DNA of 64,000 nt from Promethearchaeota archaeon (GCA_019058445.1 JAHPZA010000009.1:480001-544000); one strand, 5' to 3'; positions 38,856 to 49,157 are shown, numbered from the stretch's first letter. Notes: generated by a model from the sequence alone, not told the origin. A program made the numbers and translations.

Positions 38856-40484
38856 CTAATATATATTTTGAATAGGGATATAGATTGGAACCCAATTTAA
38901 CAATCCCATTGCATTGAAATCTTTTTCTTCCTTATTCTCAACTCTTCTTACTTCATATTCCAGGGAATTTCCCTTTCTTACGTTCCAGGCAACTCTTACT
39001 AAGCCTTTATTTAGATAGCTCAAATCATTTGTATTAGGATATACAATTGGGTTTGATTCAAGAGTTGCAAAAAGAGGAAAAAACCTCTCATGAAAGCCAG
39101 AATGTCCTTTAGGACAATAGTTTAATCCTTTTTTATTTGGGATAATACATCCTTCATCACAAAAATGGAGTGTAAAACCTCGCTCTTCATTTAATTTATG
39201 TTCGCTAATACGCCCTAATAAGGATCTCATTTCCACAGTTCCGCTTTTTATTTGTTCATATTCTTGAACGCTTTTCCTTTCTTTAAATTTGATGTAATCA
39301 TTGATCTTGGGCCCATATCTTAGAACACTTTTGAATTGAGGTCTCACTTTTAATAGTCCAGAAATACATGTCGCACCAGAGCCATAAGAACCAAAATAAA
39401 TCGTATCATGAGGATTAGCATGGTTTTCGAGAATGAATTGGATTTGAGACCATACAGCAGCATTATACATGTTTCCAAAATGCATTGGAACTCTCAACTG
39501 GGGCAAAACTCGTTCTTTTACATTTGTGTTTATCCAGTGTGCCCAGTTTTCTAATCTATCAGAAGAAAATCCTTTTTCTTTTAATTTTAAATAAATAAAT
39601 TCTGGTAGGAGGGTTACATCATGAAGAAAGTAGTCTATTTTTTTTAATAAAGACGATTTCAAATCGTTTCTATTGATTTTAGGCAGATCATTTATGTTTT
39701 TTATCCAGCGTTTTTGGATTATGTATTGCATGGCTTTAAGTGGAAGTTTTGAAAAAGGGGCATGAAATGTGTAATAGTCAGCATAAAAATCTCCAATATG
39801 TCTAATTAAATCGTCATATGCTCCCAATTGAAAGTTGATGTATGCATCAACCGAATAATGTCCAAAAACCTTCGCATTTTTTTCATTTGCAGGTCGATAA
39901 AAGTCATTAATATCTCCTGAAATCATCCCAAACTTTTTACTAAAGGTCGCAATGCGTGGATTCTTAGAAATAATAAAAGCTATCGCCCCAGAACCCTGTG
40001 TAGGCTCAGAAGGAGTTCCCAAATGATAGGAAGATATGTCTGCACTTATTACGAGCGCCTTATTTATGATATCTCTCTCAATTAAACCAATTGCATTAAG
40101 TATTGCTAAAGTTCCTCCGGCACATGCATTATAAATATCTTGAGTTAAGATATTTTTTTGCAATCCTAACATTTCGGCAAAAATATTAGACACCGATTTA
40201 ACGGCATAAGTGATCGTTTCTGTACCTACAAAAACAGCGTCAATTTCTTTGGGATTAATGTGTCCTCTATTCAGAGCATTATACGCCGCTTTTAATCCAA
40301 TCGAGATGATATCTTCATCGACTTCAGGTAATCTCATTTCTTTTAATAGTAAGCCTTTCCTATACTTGTTTGGATCAACATCTCTTTCTTTGGCAAGTTC
40401 TGTAATATCGACGAAATGTCTGGGCGCATGAAAACTTATTGAGTCAATTCCAATGTTTGTGAAAAGATAATCGTCAGAAATCAT
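38856..40484 (-). CDS. HMG-CoA synthase with C-terminal Zn-ribbon/OB-fold (DUF35-like) extension
   Basis: 'GTET', catalytic 'NACAGG', 'EPTQGSGA', 'HAPF', 'GNMYN', 'SYGSG', followed by a ~140-aa Cys-containing tail. Confidence 0.88.
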   Translation of the reverse strand: MISDDYLFTNIGIDSISFHAPRHFVDITELAKERDVDPNKYRKGLLLKEMRLPEVDEDIISIGLKAAYNALNRGHINPKEIDAVFVGTETITYAVKSVSNIFAEMLGLQKNILTQDIYNACAGGTLAILNAIGLIERDIINKALVISADISSYHLGTPSEPTQGSGAIAFIISKNPRIATFSKKFGMISGDINDFYRPANEKNAKVFGHYSVDAYINFQLGAYDDLIRHIGDFYADYYTFHAPFSKLPLKAMQYIIQKRWIKNINDLPKINRNDLKSSLLKKIDYFLHDVTLLPEFIYLKLKEKGFSSDRLENWAHWINTNVKERVLPQLRVPMHFGNMYNAAVWSQIQFILENHANPHDTIYFGSYGSGATCISGLLKVRPQFKSVLRYGPKINDYIKFKERKSVQEYEQIKSGTVEMRSLLGRISEHKLNEERGFTLHFCDEGCIIPNKKGLNYCPKGHSGFHERFFPLFATLESNPIVYPNTNDLSYLNKGLVRVAWNVRKGNSLEYEVRRVENKEEKDFNAMGLLNWVPIYIPIQNIY

Positions 40485-40911
40485 AATTTCTCTCCCATTT
40501 TTTATATGAAAATTTTATTTTAAATAGTTGTTTAATTAATTAGATATGTATTTTAATAGCAATTATTAATTAGTAAACTTTTTGTTTAAGACAGTTTTTC
40601 AAATTTTTAGTTTGAAATTATTAAGTAAAACTGAGTTATAAAGGTTTTCTTCACGATTTCCAACGAAAAATCGATTAAATGTTTTAAAACGATTAATTAA
40701 TTAAAGTTCGTAATTCAAAATCATGTAATATCAATGTTTATTCGCTATTCAGAAAATAAACAGCATTGGAAAAAATAAGTTAGATAATTAGAAAAATAAT
40801 GTTGAGAGCATTTTGGTAATAATTAAACATAAATATTATATATATTTTAATCTAATTAAGATTACATACTAATAAACTCTGAAAAATCGTAATTTTTTTT
40901 GGTGTTGAAAA

Positions 40912-41709
40912 ATACAAAAATTAAAAAAACAGAAACATATTGAAACGGATAAAGACAAAAATAGCACAGAAAGAGAAGAAAAGCTCAGAGAATTAAAAGA
41001 AAATTATAAAGATAAGATTCCACGACACATCGGCTTGACTCCAGATGGAAATCGTCGTTGGAGTCGTAGAGAAGGAGTTAGTACAAATGTGGGTCACTAT
41101 CGCGGTTATGAAGTAGTAAAAAAAATCCTTATTGCATGTTTTAATGCTGGTATAAAGTATTTATCATTGTATGCCCTATCTCTTGAAAATGCTCGAAAGC
41201 GATCTCCTGAAGAGTTAAAATACATTTATAAAATCATTAAACTCGCTGTAGATACTGTTAAAAACGAGCCAATTGTTACAAATGAAAAAGTTAAGTTCAA
41301 CGTAATTGGAAGATTAGAGTTATTGCCTCAAGATGTGCGTGACAAAATTGACGAGCTACTCGATTATACTAAAGATTTTGATGGAGCTTTTGTAAATGTT
41401 TTAATAATGTATGATGGACAAGCTGAGATTGTCGATGCCATGAAAAAAATAATTAATGATAAGGTTGATCCTGACAAAATTGACCGAAAATTAATAAAGA
41501 AATATCTATATACAAAAGATTTTCCAGAGCTTGATTTTCTCATAAGAACTGGCATGTCTGATGGAGCACGTATCTCAGGATTTCTTTTATGGGATGCTTC
41601 TTATGCTGAATTCAAATTTAGAAATGAATTTTGGCCTGAATATAGTGAAGATTTGTTAATTGAAGATATCCACGATTTCATTAATAGGAATCGAAGGAAA
41701 GGGAAATAA
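40912..41709 (+). CDS. uppS: cis-Prenyltransferase (UppS family), probable ATA start
   Basis: 'IPRHIGLTPDGNRRW', 'SLEN..R', 'RTG', 'RISGFLLW'. The conserved PRHI segment lies upstream of the called TTG; GGTG sits 7 nt before ATA 40912. Confidence 0.88.
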   Translation: MQKLKKQKHIETDKDKNSTEREEKLRELKENYKDKIPRHIGLTPDGNRRWSRREGVSTNVGHYRGYEVVKKILIACFNAGIKYLSLYALSLENARKRSPEELKYIYKIIKLAVDTVKNEPIVTNEKVKFNVIGRLELLPQDVRDKIDELLDYTKDFDGAFVNVLIMYDGQAEIVDAMKKIINDKVDPDKIDRKLIKKYLYTKDFPELDFLIRTGMSDGARISGFLLWDASYAEFKFRNEFWPEYSEDLLIEDIHDFINRNRRKGK

Positions 41710-41778
41710 TTTTACTTTCTAATTTTCGTCTATTTTTCTAAAATTATCATTTATCATCCTTTTTCTATTTAACAAGGA

Positions 41779-41822
41779 TTTAAAAAAAGGGAAACTATTA
41801 TTTAAAAAAAGGGAAATTATTA
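41779..41822. repeat. 22-bp tandem duplication upstream of the 41879 operon
   Basis: TTTAAAAAAAGGGAAACTATTA / TTTAAAAAAAGGGAAATTATTA (1 mismatch). Confidence 0.75.
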
Positions 41823-41878
41823 TTTCCAGAATACTTTTCAAAAATATACAAATATTAGTCAAAACATAATTCGTTATA

Positions 41879-43786
41879 ATGACAATATCAGATCAAAGTA
41901 AGGCAATTTCAATAACATTTACTAGATTCCCGCAGAATTTATTGATCCCTGCTATTGATAATATCATTTCTTTTCAAGCAATTAATTATTTCAATAATAA
42001 AGAGAGGTTTAAATTTGATATTGAAGGGGAAAATCTTACTGCTACAATCCCTAAAGAATTAGAAGAAGAAATCCATTTTGAGCCTGGAGAAACGAAAAAC
42101 TTTGAAATTAATTTAATTCCTACTTTAGATGGATATGGCAAGCTTTCCCTAAATGTTAATTGGCTAAAACGTGTAGAATATACAGTAAAAGTGAAAAAAG
42201 TTAGGGAGCAAGTTTCAAAAAGCAAATCGAAAAAAATTTTTGGAAAATTTGCTGTGAAATTTCCTAAGGAAGCAAATGAATTCAATGCAGAGAATTTTAT
42301 TTTAGAATTTTCACCTAAAGAGATTAAACAAGCTGAAAAACAATTTGAGTCAAAAAAGAAAAAGTATAATGAGTATCTAAAGCATAAGCAAGCGTGGGAA
42401 GAGAAAAAATCACAAGGTGCGAAAGAATCCAAACCAATCCCAGAAGTAACAATAGAAGATATCGATAAGGATATGAGCTTGTTAGCAAGAGGATACCTTT
42501 CAAATAAAGATCCTATGAAAGCGTTAGAGCTAGCATTAGGAATTTCTGATGAAAATTATAAGATCAATCTTTACTTTAATTTAATACGAGCATTTGGATT
42601 CATTGATTTAGACAAGACTATTGAAATCGTTAAAAATTTAACTCAAAATGATAAGAAGACTGAATTAATCAAAGATTTAGCTTTTGATCAAATTAAAATC
42701 AATCCAGAACAAGCACCTAGAATTGCGTTTTTAATTGAAGATCTTTCCCAAAGAGAACAGCTTATAATTGATGTCATTGGAAAAATAATCGAAATTGAAC
42801 CAGATGTCGCATTGAAAGTTTCTCAGCTTATTAATAATGAGTTAACCAGAATTAAAATCCAATTTAATATAATACGGATAATCTATGAGAAAGATAATTT
42901 AAAAGCAATTGAAATTTTAAAACAAATTATTAATAATCTTGAGAAGTCTTCGAATTTGAATTTAGCTGATAATAATTTTGACAATCCTGGATATGAATTT
43001 TATAAAAATTCAGTACACTTACTCGCAGAAATAGATTCAACTCAAGCAGCGGATAATCTACTAATTAGTTTTAGCTTAAGAGAAGTAAAAGATAAGATTG
43101 CGGAGGACTTATTTGATATTATTTATGAAATGGTGGATGAAACAAAAATCAGATTCGATCCTTTTCCTGTATTTTCTCAATATTATTTATTCAATACCTA
43201 TGCTTCAAGTATTAATGAGGATATCAAAAGTTTTTCGAGTATAGGGGGAAATATTAGTAATAACGTTTTATTAAAAGATTTTAATTTTTCTGTTGTGTTA
43301 CTTTCCTTATTTGGTTATGATTTTAGTATTTTTCCTCTGGTTGACAGAGTTTATGCCGATTTAAAGTTTAATAATAATAAGTCCATTGCGTATTACATTT
43401 TTCCCTCAAAAGAAAACCATAATCAAAGTGAATTGAAATCTATTAACACATCTTTAAATCAATTTGGAATGGTATCTCATCTTAATAATGCTAAAAATGA
43501 AATTTTGATATTAAATTTAGATTTCATCCCCTATCTTGGAAAACCAACAATAATATTAGCCGCAGATTCAGAATTAACTAAATCACTCCAAAGCAAAGTT
43601 ATCAATTCATTAGAAAATAATGTTAATCTCAAGATTGACGAAGCACTATTTAAGGGAGGGAAAACGGAAGAATTTTTAAAACAAATTTTCTCAGGAAGTA
43701 ATTTTAAATTTGTCAATTTACTTATGTCTTATGAATTCATTAACAATTATGAGCTGTTTAAAAACTTTATATTATCATTATTTTAA
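41879..43786 (+). CDS. Hypothetical protein with a beta-rich N-terminus and an alpha-helical repeat region
   Basis: 635-aa ORF; recurring '.P..AL..A..I.D' helical units. Confidence 0.7.
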   Translation: MTISDQSKAISITFTRFPQNLLIPAIDNIISFQAINYFNNKERFKFDIEGENLTATIPKELEEEIHFEPGETKNFEINLIPTLDGYGKLSLNVNWLKRVEYTVKVKKVREQVSKSKSKKIFGKFAVKFPKEANEFNAENFILEFSPKEIKQAEKQFESKKKKYNEYLKHKQAWEEKKSQGAKESKPIPEVTIEDIDKDMSLLARGYLSNKDPMKALELALGISDENYKINLYFNLIRAFGFIDLDKTIEIVKNLTQNDKKTELIKDLAFDQIKINPEQAPRIAFLIEDLSQREQLIIDVIGKIIEIEPDVALKVSQLINNELTRIKIQFNIIRIIYEKDNLKAIEILKQIINNLEKSSNLNLADNNFDNPGYEFYKNSVHLLAEIDSTQAADNLLISFSLREVKDKIAEDLFDIIYEMVDETKIRFDPFPVFSQYYLFNTYASSINEDIKSFSSIGGNISNNVLLKDFNFSVVLLSLFGYDFSIFPLVDRVYADLKFNNNKSIAYYIFPSKENHNQSELKSINTSLNQFGMVSHLNNAKNEILILNLDFIPYLGKPTIILAADSELTKSLQSKVINSLENNVNLKIDEALFKGGKTEEFLKQIFSGSNFKFVNLLMSYEFINNYELFKNFILSLF

Positions 43787-43867
43787 GATTCACTAAAACA
43801 AAAAGTATTATTAAATTATAATTTATGAAAAAATATATAGGATTTTTAAAAAAAAGAGATCATTTAA

Positions 43868-45544
43868 ATGGCAAAAGACAAGAAAAAGAAGAAGAAGGGG
43901 AAAAAGAAAAAGAAAGGGAATATTGAATATAGTACTAGTAGCTCTACACTGGACTATGCAACTACTGAAGTTTCAGGAATTTCAGCGGGGAATGCAATAG
44001 ATCGGTCTAATGATAATTTATTCATTGGCACAGATTATAGAGAGGTTTTCAGTTGGCAATATGAAAGAACTTGGCCAGAAATTCTCGGAGATCTATCACG
44101 ATGGCATTATATGCCCTTTTCATTAGGACTTGAATTGGAATTAATATTGGCGTATAATGATGGTTCTTATCCTGACGGGGCAGAAATGGTGCATATCATG
44201 AAAGAAAGTATCCGAGACGCCATAAAAATAATGGATCAAATTCTTTACGAGGGTAGGAGCGATTTTCCTCCAGTTCCTCAGTATATTGTTCAGAAAGTTT
44301 TAGCTAGACCATACTTTCGTGAGGATAAAGAAAAAGGAGGAGTAATGGTAATTCGATATAAATTACCTGATGGGCAAACCCAGGACTATGTAGATGTAGA
44401 CAGTTTTGCGAGAGATGGGAATGCGACTGCTGTCACTTATATCTTAGAGCTCGTAAGTCCTCCCTGTGAATATGTTGAAGAATTAGCCTTTTGGGCCTCA
44501 ACGCTCTTCCAATTGGCAAAAATTATACTACCTAAAGATGTTCATATAATTGCAAGTGGGATAAATCCAGCAGCTAAAGAATATATGCGAGGTTTAACTC
44601 AAGCTACGCATGTACATATAGGAGGTTTTAGCAGTGACACTGAAAAAGCACAAGTCTATAGCATGATACGGAATTTCATCCCGCACTTAATAGCTTTATC
44701 CGTGAATTCACCAATATTTAATAATAATCCCACAGACGTAATTAAAATAATAAATAATCGGATCACCGCCCCAAATTGTATTAGATCATTGCGTTTACAC
44801 TATAATTCAAGTATGTTATCGAGCAACGAACCTCAAACGTTCTTACCTTATTTAACCAATACTGATCAGGACTCAGCAAATTATTTTCTTCAAACAATAC
44901 AAAAAGCAAGTTTAGAGGATGGTAGAATGCAAGATCTAACTCCTTTTTCAAGACATGTAACCGTTGAATTTAGACCAATGGATGCTCAACTATCTATATG
45001 CCGAAATATTGGATTGGCATTATTAGTTCAAACATTAGCTTATAAGGCAAGAAAGTTATTGCAACGAGGCACATGGGTACCAGATGCCGGATCGGCTACA
45101 ATTTCTGGGAATAGAAAAGGCGCATATGAAAGAGGGTTGATTTCGTTATTTAGACCCTCTAACATAGATCGTGCCACTTTAGCTCAATATGATCCAGATT
45201 TTGCTGAACAATATTTAGGCCCCGAAAATCAACCAAATCGGTATATGACCCATGCTGTACAAAGAATGTTTTTTTATTTGAAACCAGAGTTAATTGAACT
45301 TGATTATCTTTATACTCCATTTTTAAAACCACTTTTAATGAGTGTTTTTGGTGAGATTTCATATGCTTTAGCACCAATGACAGAAGCAGATTATCAATTA
45401 TCCTTATATGATTATAAGATTAAAGAGGGATTAATTCCAGATGTCTTACATGATTTAATTTATTTCACATTAGAATATAGTAAGGATCCTATAAGCCATC
45501 CTTTAACTGGAAATCTAACACTTCCAAAAGAAATGAGAGAATAA
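43868..45544 (+). CDS. Glutamate-cysteine ligase family 2 (GCS2/YbdK-like) carboxylate-amine ligase
   Basis: 'SLGLELEL', 'LELVSPP', 'SGINP', 'THVHIG', 'ALSVNSP', 'TVEFRPMDAQ'. Confidence 0.85.
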   Translation: MAKDKKKKKKGKKKKKGNIEYSTSSSTLDYATTEVSGISAGNAIDRSNDNLFIGTDYREVFSWQYERTWPEILGDLSRWHYMPFSLGLELELILAYNDGSYPDGAEMVHIMKESIRDAIKIMDQILYEGRSDFPPVPQYIVQKVLARPYFREDKEKGGVMVIRYKLPDGQTQDYVDVDSFARDGNATAVTYILELVSPPCEYVEELAFWASTLFQLAKIILPKDVHIIASGINPAAKEYMRGLTQATHVHIGGFSSDTEKAQVYSMIRNFIPHLIALSVNSPIFNNNPTDVIKIINNRITAPNCIRSLRLHYNSSMLSSNEPQTFLPYLTNTDQDSANYFLQTIQKASLEDGRMQDLTPFSRHVTVEFRPMDAQLSICRNIGLALLVQTLAYKARKLLQRGTWVPDAGSATISGNRKGAYERGLISLFRPSNIDRATLAQYDPDFAEQYLGPENQPNRYMTHAVQRMFFYLKPELIELDYLYTPFLKPLLMSVFGEISYALAPMTEADYQLSLYDYKIKEGLIPDVLHDLIYFTLEYSKDPISHPLTGNLTLPKEMRE

Positions 45545-45546
45545 TT

Positions 45547-47091
45547 ATGCTTACTGCAACAATAGAACAAAATGGAAAGAAATGGGTTGAGAATCTACTT
45601 GTAATTGATGCCCATTCTCATTTAGGTCAAGATGTAGATGGTGCGACTATGATGAATCCCCTTGCCCCCGGATCTGGCACCTTTGATTTCTGGGGAAATG
45701 TGCAAGGAAAAATAAAAACAGATTGGGAAAAAACTGGAGAACAATCCTTTATGACTATAATAAATGGAATCAATACGAAAATCTCATGGTCGTTCACACC
45801 TTTTCCTTTTACAGATAAATTATACAGCGCTTTAGAAAAACTAAAGCAAAGACACTCTGATTTAAAAGAAAAATCTAAATTTTACAGCTTCATTGATCAA
45901 GGTGTTTGCTTCCCCTTTCAAGATGTATTTCGCGATAAACAGCCAGAAGCTTTATATAGAGCAAGCAATATAAATGTCTCACGTTTTACAACTCGTTTCC
46001 CTTTTTCTATGAAATTAGTGGGTTATGGGCGCTGTGATCCTATGGAGGGTCAGAAAGCAGTGAATGAAGTAAAATGTATGAGAGAATTAGGGTTGCGAGG
46101 TTTAAAATTGCACCCTCGTTCAGAAGGATGGATTGATAATATTTATTCTGAACCCGCAATTAATGTACTACTTGAAGCAGCTAAATATTCCATGCCTGTC
46201 ATTTTTGATACGAGGGGTAAAGGTTCTATATTAAGTATTGGTAAATTAATCAATCAAACTCGAAATATTTTGAGAACGAAATCCCCTGATTTACTGCCCC
46301 ACTTTAAGGTTATTATTGCACATTTTGCTCAAGGAAATATCGGAGATCATGAAGTGTATAATACGATTGTTCAACCAAATACATATGGAGATCTTTCTAT
46401 GCTTCATGGTGAAGGAGCAGGTAATTTTTTCAAGGATTTTCGACAATGGTTTAAAAACAATAATAAAATAACTGTCGATGGTCGAGATTGGTCAGAATAT
46501 GTTCTTTTTGCATCTGATTATCCATATTTTGGAGATGTGCATGCTGAGAAATTGATGATCTATATTATAAACAAACAATTTTTTGATAATGGTGGTACGA
46601 TTCAAGATACTAAAAACATTCTTGGATTAAACCAGATCAAGATATTACCTGAATATAATCTTCCTCAAATAAAAAAGGATGCCAAGAGATTACCAAGTAT
46701 ACTGATATCTAATCCTAACTTTCAGCAAGATAACAGCACTGCATATAATACCGCAGTGGAAGCAATAGCTAAACTAATTACTGATGCGAAAATTGATATA
46801 AAGAGATTTTGCATTCAATTTAAAGAAAATTGGAGGCAATTTAGTGATGACTTGTTCATAACTACGATAAAAAATAGCACTAAGGAAGAAATTCCACTCT
46901 ATTTTACGAACATTGTTGAAGATCAATCTATATCACTTATAGCACCCCTACATCCGAATACAGAATGGAAAAAATTTGGCTATAAATATTTCGATCCAGA
47001 GGATCGAGCATTCTTTGCTTCTTTATTTAAACAAACATATTTAGCTACTGATGTGAATAAGGCAATTGAAGTATTATCTCATGTTTTTTAA
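45547..47091 (+). CDS. Amidohydrolase (amidohydro_2-like) with C-terminal extension
   Basis: 'IDAHSHLG', 'RGLKLHP', 'IIAH', 'LFASDYP'. Confidence 0.85.
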   Translation: MLTATIEQNGKKWVENLLVIDAHSHLGQDVDGATMMNPLAPGSGTFDFWGNVQGKIKTDWEKTGEQSFMTIINGINTKISWSFTPFPFTDKLYSALEKLKQRHSDLKEKSKFYSFIDQGVCFPFQDVFRDKQPEALYRASNINVSRFTTRFPFSMKLVGYGRCDPMEGQKAVNEVKCMRELGLRGLKLHPRSEGWIDNIYSEPAINVLLEAAKYSMPVIFDTRGKGSILSIGKLINQTRNILRTKSPDLLPHFKVIIAHFAQGNIGDHEVYNTIVQPNTYGDLSMLHGEGAGNFFKDFRQWFKNNNKITVDGRDWSEYVLFASDYPYFGDVHAEKLMIYIINKQFFDNGGTIQDTKNILGLNQIKILPEYNLPQIKKDAKRLPSILISNPNFQQDNSTAYNTAVEAIAKLITDAKIDIKRFCIQFKENWRQFSDDLFITTIKNSTKEEIPLYFTNIVEDQSISLIAPLHPNTEWKKFGYKYFDPEDRAFFASLFKQTYLATDVNKAIEVLSHVF

Positions 47092-47266
47092 TGTTAATTT
47101 ATATTAATTTTAGTTTTTTACTACTCATTATATCATTCAATTGAAGTAGCCCTTGAGATTCTCCATTATTTTAAGGAAATAATTAAAAAAGATAAAACAC
47201 TTAAATATGGATGTAATTATTATAATCAAAACAGTAAGTCAATAGATTAATCCATGTGATAGACAA

Positions 47267-48475
47267 TTGAAAGGAATAATGGTATTAGGTTTTAATGAGA
47301 ATTTTGAAGCCTTCATTGAGGCGCAGTTTCCAAATGATCTTTCTGAAAGTTACAATTTGAAAGCATCTGATCTTATGAATATATACACACTTCATAGAAT
47401 GGAGAAAAATGGACCAAATTTTTTTCAAATGGAGATTAGAGAGTTTACAGTTGCTAGTTTTTTTACAGGTTTTTCTCTTAAGCATTATGTGGGACGTCCT
47501 GATTATGCCATTACCATATTTTTTTCTAATGAGGAGATGACACAAGATTCATCTCTAATAGATTATGACTTTGAGGGTAAACTAAGGAAAATTGCTTATG
47601 ATATATTACCTAAAAGAGGAGAAACAAATTTTACTGGATTGCTCGAGGATTATTATGGAAAATTAGAAAATCAACAAATAGAACCTTATTGGGATGAATA
47701 TAATGAAGATGAAATTTCTAAATTCGTACCACTCCCAACTGAAGGAAGTAGTGATGAAATTACTACTGAAGTAAACCCGATTAACTTAGCGCATATGAAT
47801 AATCCTCAAACGAATGAAAATGATAAGGAACAGAATTATTATAAACTTGAAAATGAAGTATTAAAAACGGAAATTGAAAGTTTAGAAATGCTATTAAAAG
47901 AGAAAACTGAAAAAATCACGGAACTCTCCCAAAGTCAAAATATGTCTGAAGGTCCAGACACAGCAGATTGGAAATCTAAATATGAAAAACTCGAAGAATA
48001 TAATCAAATTTTAACTGAAAATGTTGATAAATTAACCGAACTGAACTCTAAATATGATGAAGAAATTAAGAGATTCACTAACAATAAAACTGAATTGCAA
48101 AAAAAAATGGATTCAAAGGAGACACTTATCAATGAATTAACAAGGAAGCTAGAAAAAACGACTAAAGAATTAGAGGGATGCAAAGAAAGCAAAGATGATG
48201 CTATTGAGTACTATCAGGTCATGGAACTGTTAAAAAAAGAAAATAAGGAATTAATCCAAGAAAATCAAACGCTTAAAAAAGATAATGAAATTCACTTGGA
48301 TAGTATTGCTGATTTAAAGCTTAAACTTAGAGATTTCAAAGAAAAAGCCTCTTCTGAAGGAAATGCTCAAGATAACCTCACAGAAGAGCTTATCGATTTG
48401 AAAAAAGAAATAAAAGTGTTAAGGCGTGAAAGAGATCATTATAGAGCAATCATTAAGGAAAAAAATCTCCTCTAA
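47267..48475 (+). CDS. Longin/uDENN-like N-terminal domain plus long coiled coil
   Basis: N-terminus resembles that of 52985-54103 ('GI.....F/W.....F/YP....L...D.M..Y..H'); heptad-rich C-terminal half. Confidence 0.55.
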   Translation: MKGIMVLGFNENFEAFIEAQFPNDLSESYNLKASDLMNIYTLHRMEKNGPNFFQMEIREFTVASFFTGFSLKHYVGRPDYAITIFFSNEEMTQDSSLIDYDFEGKLRKIAYDILPKRGETNFTGLLEDYYGKLENQQIEPYWDEYNEDEISKFVPLPTEGSSDEITTEVNPINLAHMNNPQTNENDKEQNYYKLENEVLKTEIESLEMLLKEKTEKITELSQSQNMSEGPDTADWKSKYEKLEEYNQILTENVDKLTELNSKYDEEIKRFTNNKTELQKKMDSKETLINELTRKLEKTTKELEGCKESKDDAIEYYQVMELLKKENKELIQENQTLKKDNEIHLDSIADLKLKLRDFKEKASSEGNAQDNLTEELIDLKKEIKVLRRERDHYRAIIKEKNLL

Positions 48476-48701
48476 AGAAGTTATTATAATACTAGGTTTT
48501 TTACTTTATTTTAAGCTTGAAGAATAATCATATTTCCCTTTTTTCCCTTGAAATTAGAACACAAGTTTCATATATACTAAAAACATAATTTTTTATAACT
48601 TAGTTTTCTATTATTATTTAGTTTTACACAATAGTTTTAAAAGTAAAATTTTATATAATTATTATAAAAGATTATAAAATATTAAAAAAAGGTGTGTAAA
48701 A

Positions 48702-49157
48702 ACGTCAATTGATACAAAATCATTCGATAACATACTCAGTAAGATTATTAAGTCAGAGAGCGGTATTAAAAAAGTGATTTTGGTTGATCGCACGGGATTA
48801 ACCATCGCAAGTGTTTCAAAATTTTCCTATTTTCCAGCTGATGTAGACGGAATTGGTGCTATAGCCAGTGCTGTTTTCTGCGCATCTGAAGAACAAGGAA
48901 AAAACCTCGAGCTCGGTGATTTGGACATTGTGACAAGTGAATTCAGCGGAGGTAAGATTTTTGCTGCTGCGTGCGGATTTAAAGGTGTCCTATGCCTTAT
49001 TAGTGATCCCGATATAAATATTGGGTTGATTAGACTTATATTAAAAAGATCTGGAGATGAACTTAAAGAAATATTAGATGAGTTCTTATCAGAAATTCCA
49101 GAAGCAATGGACAGCGGTCTTGATTTATCAGATCTTGATGAGTTGACCCCTGATTAA
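48702..49157 (+). CDS. Roadblock/LC7 domain protein, probable ACG start
   Basis: 'VILVDRTGLTIAS', 'GAIASAVF..SE..G..L.LG'. The first helix is encoded upstream of the called GTG; AGGTG sits 7 nt before ACG 48702. Confidence 0.85.
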   Translation, partial: TSIDTKSFDNILSKIIKSESGIKKVILVDRTGLTIASVSKFSYFPADVDGIGAIASAVFCASEEQGKNLELGDLDIVTSEFSGGKIFAAACGFKGVLCLISDPDINIGLIRLILKRSGDELKEILDEFLSEIPEAMDSGLDLSDLDELTPD

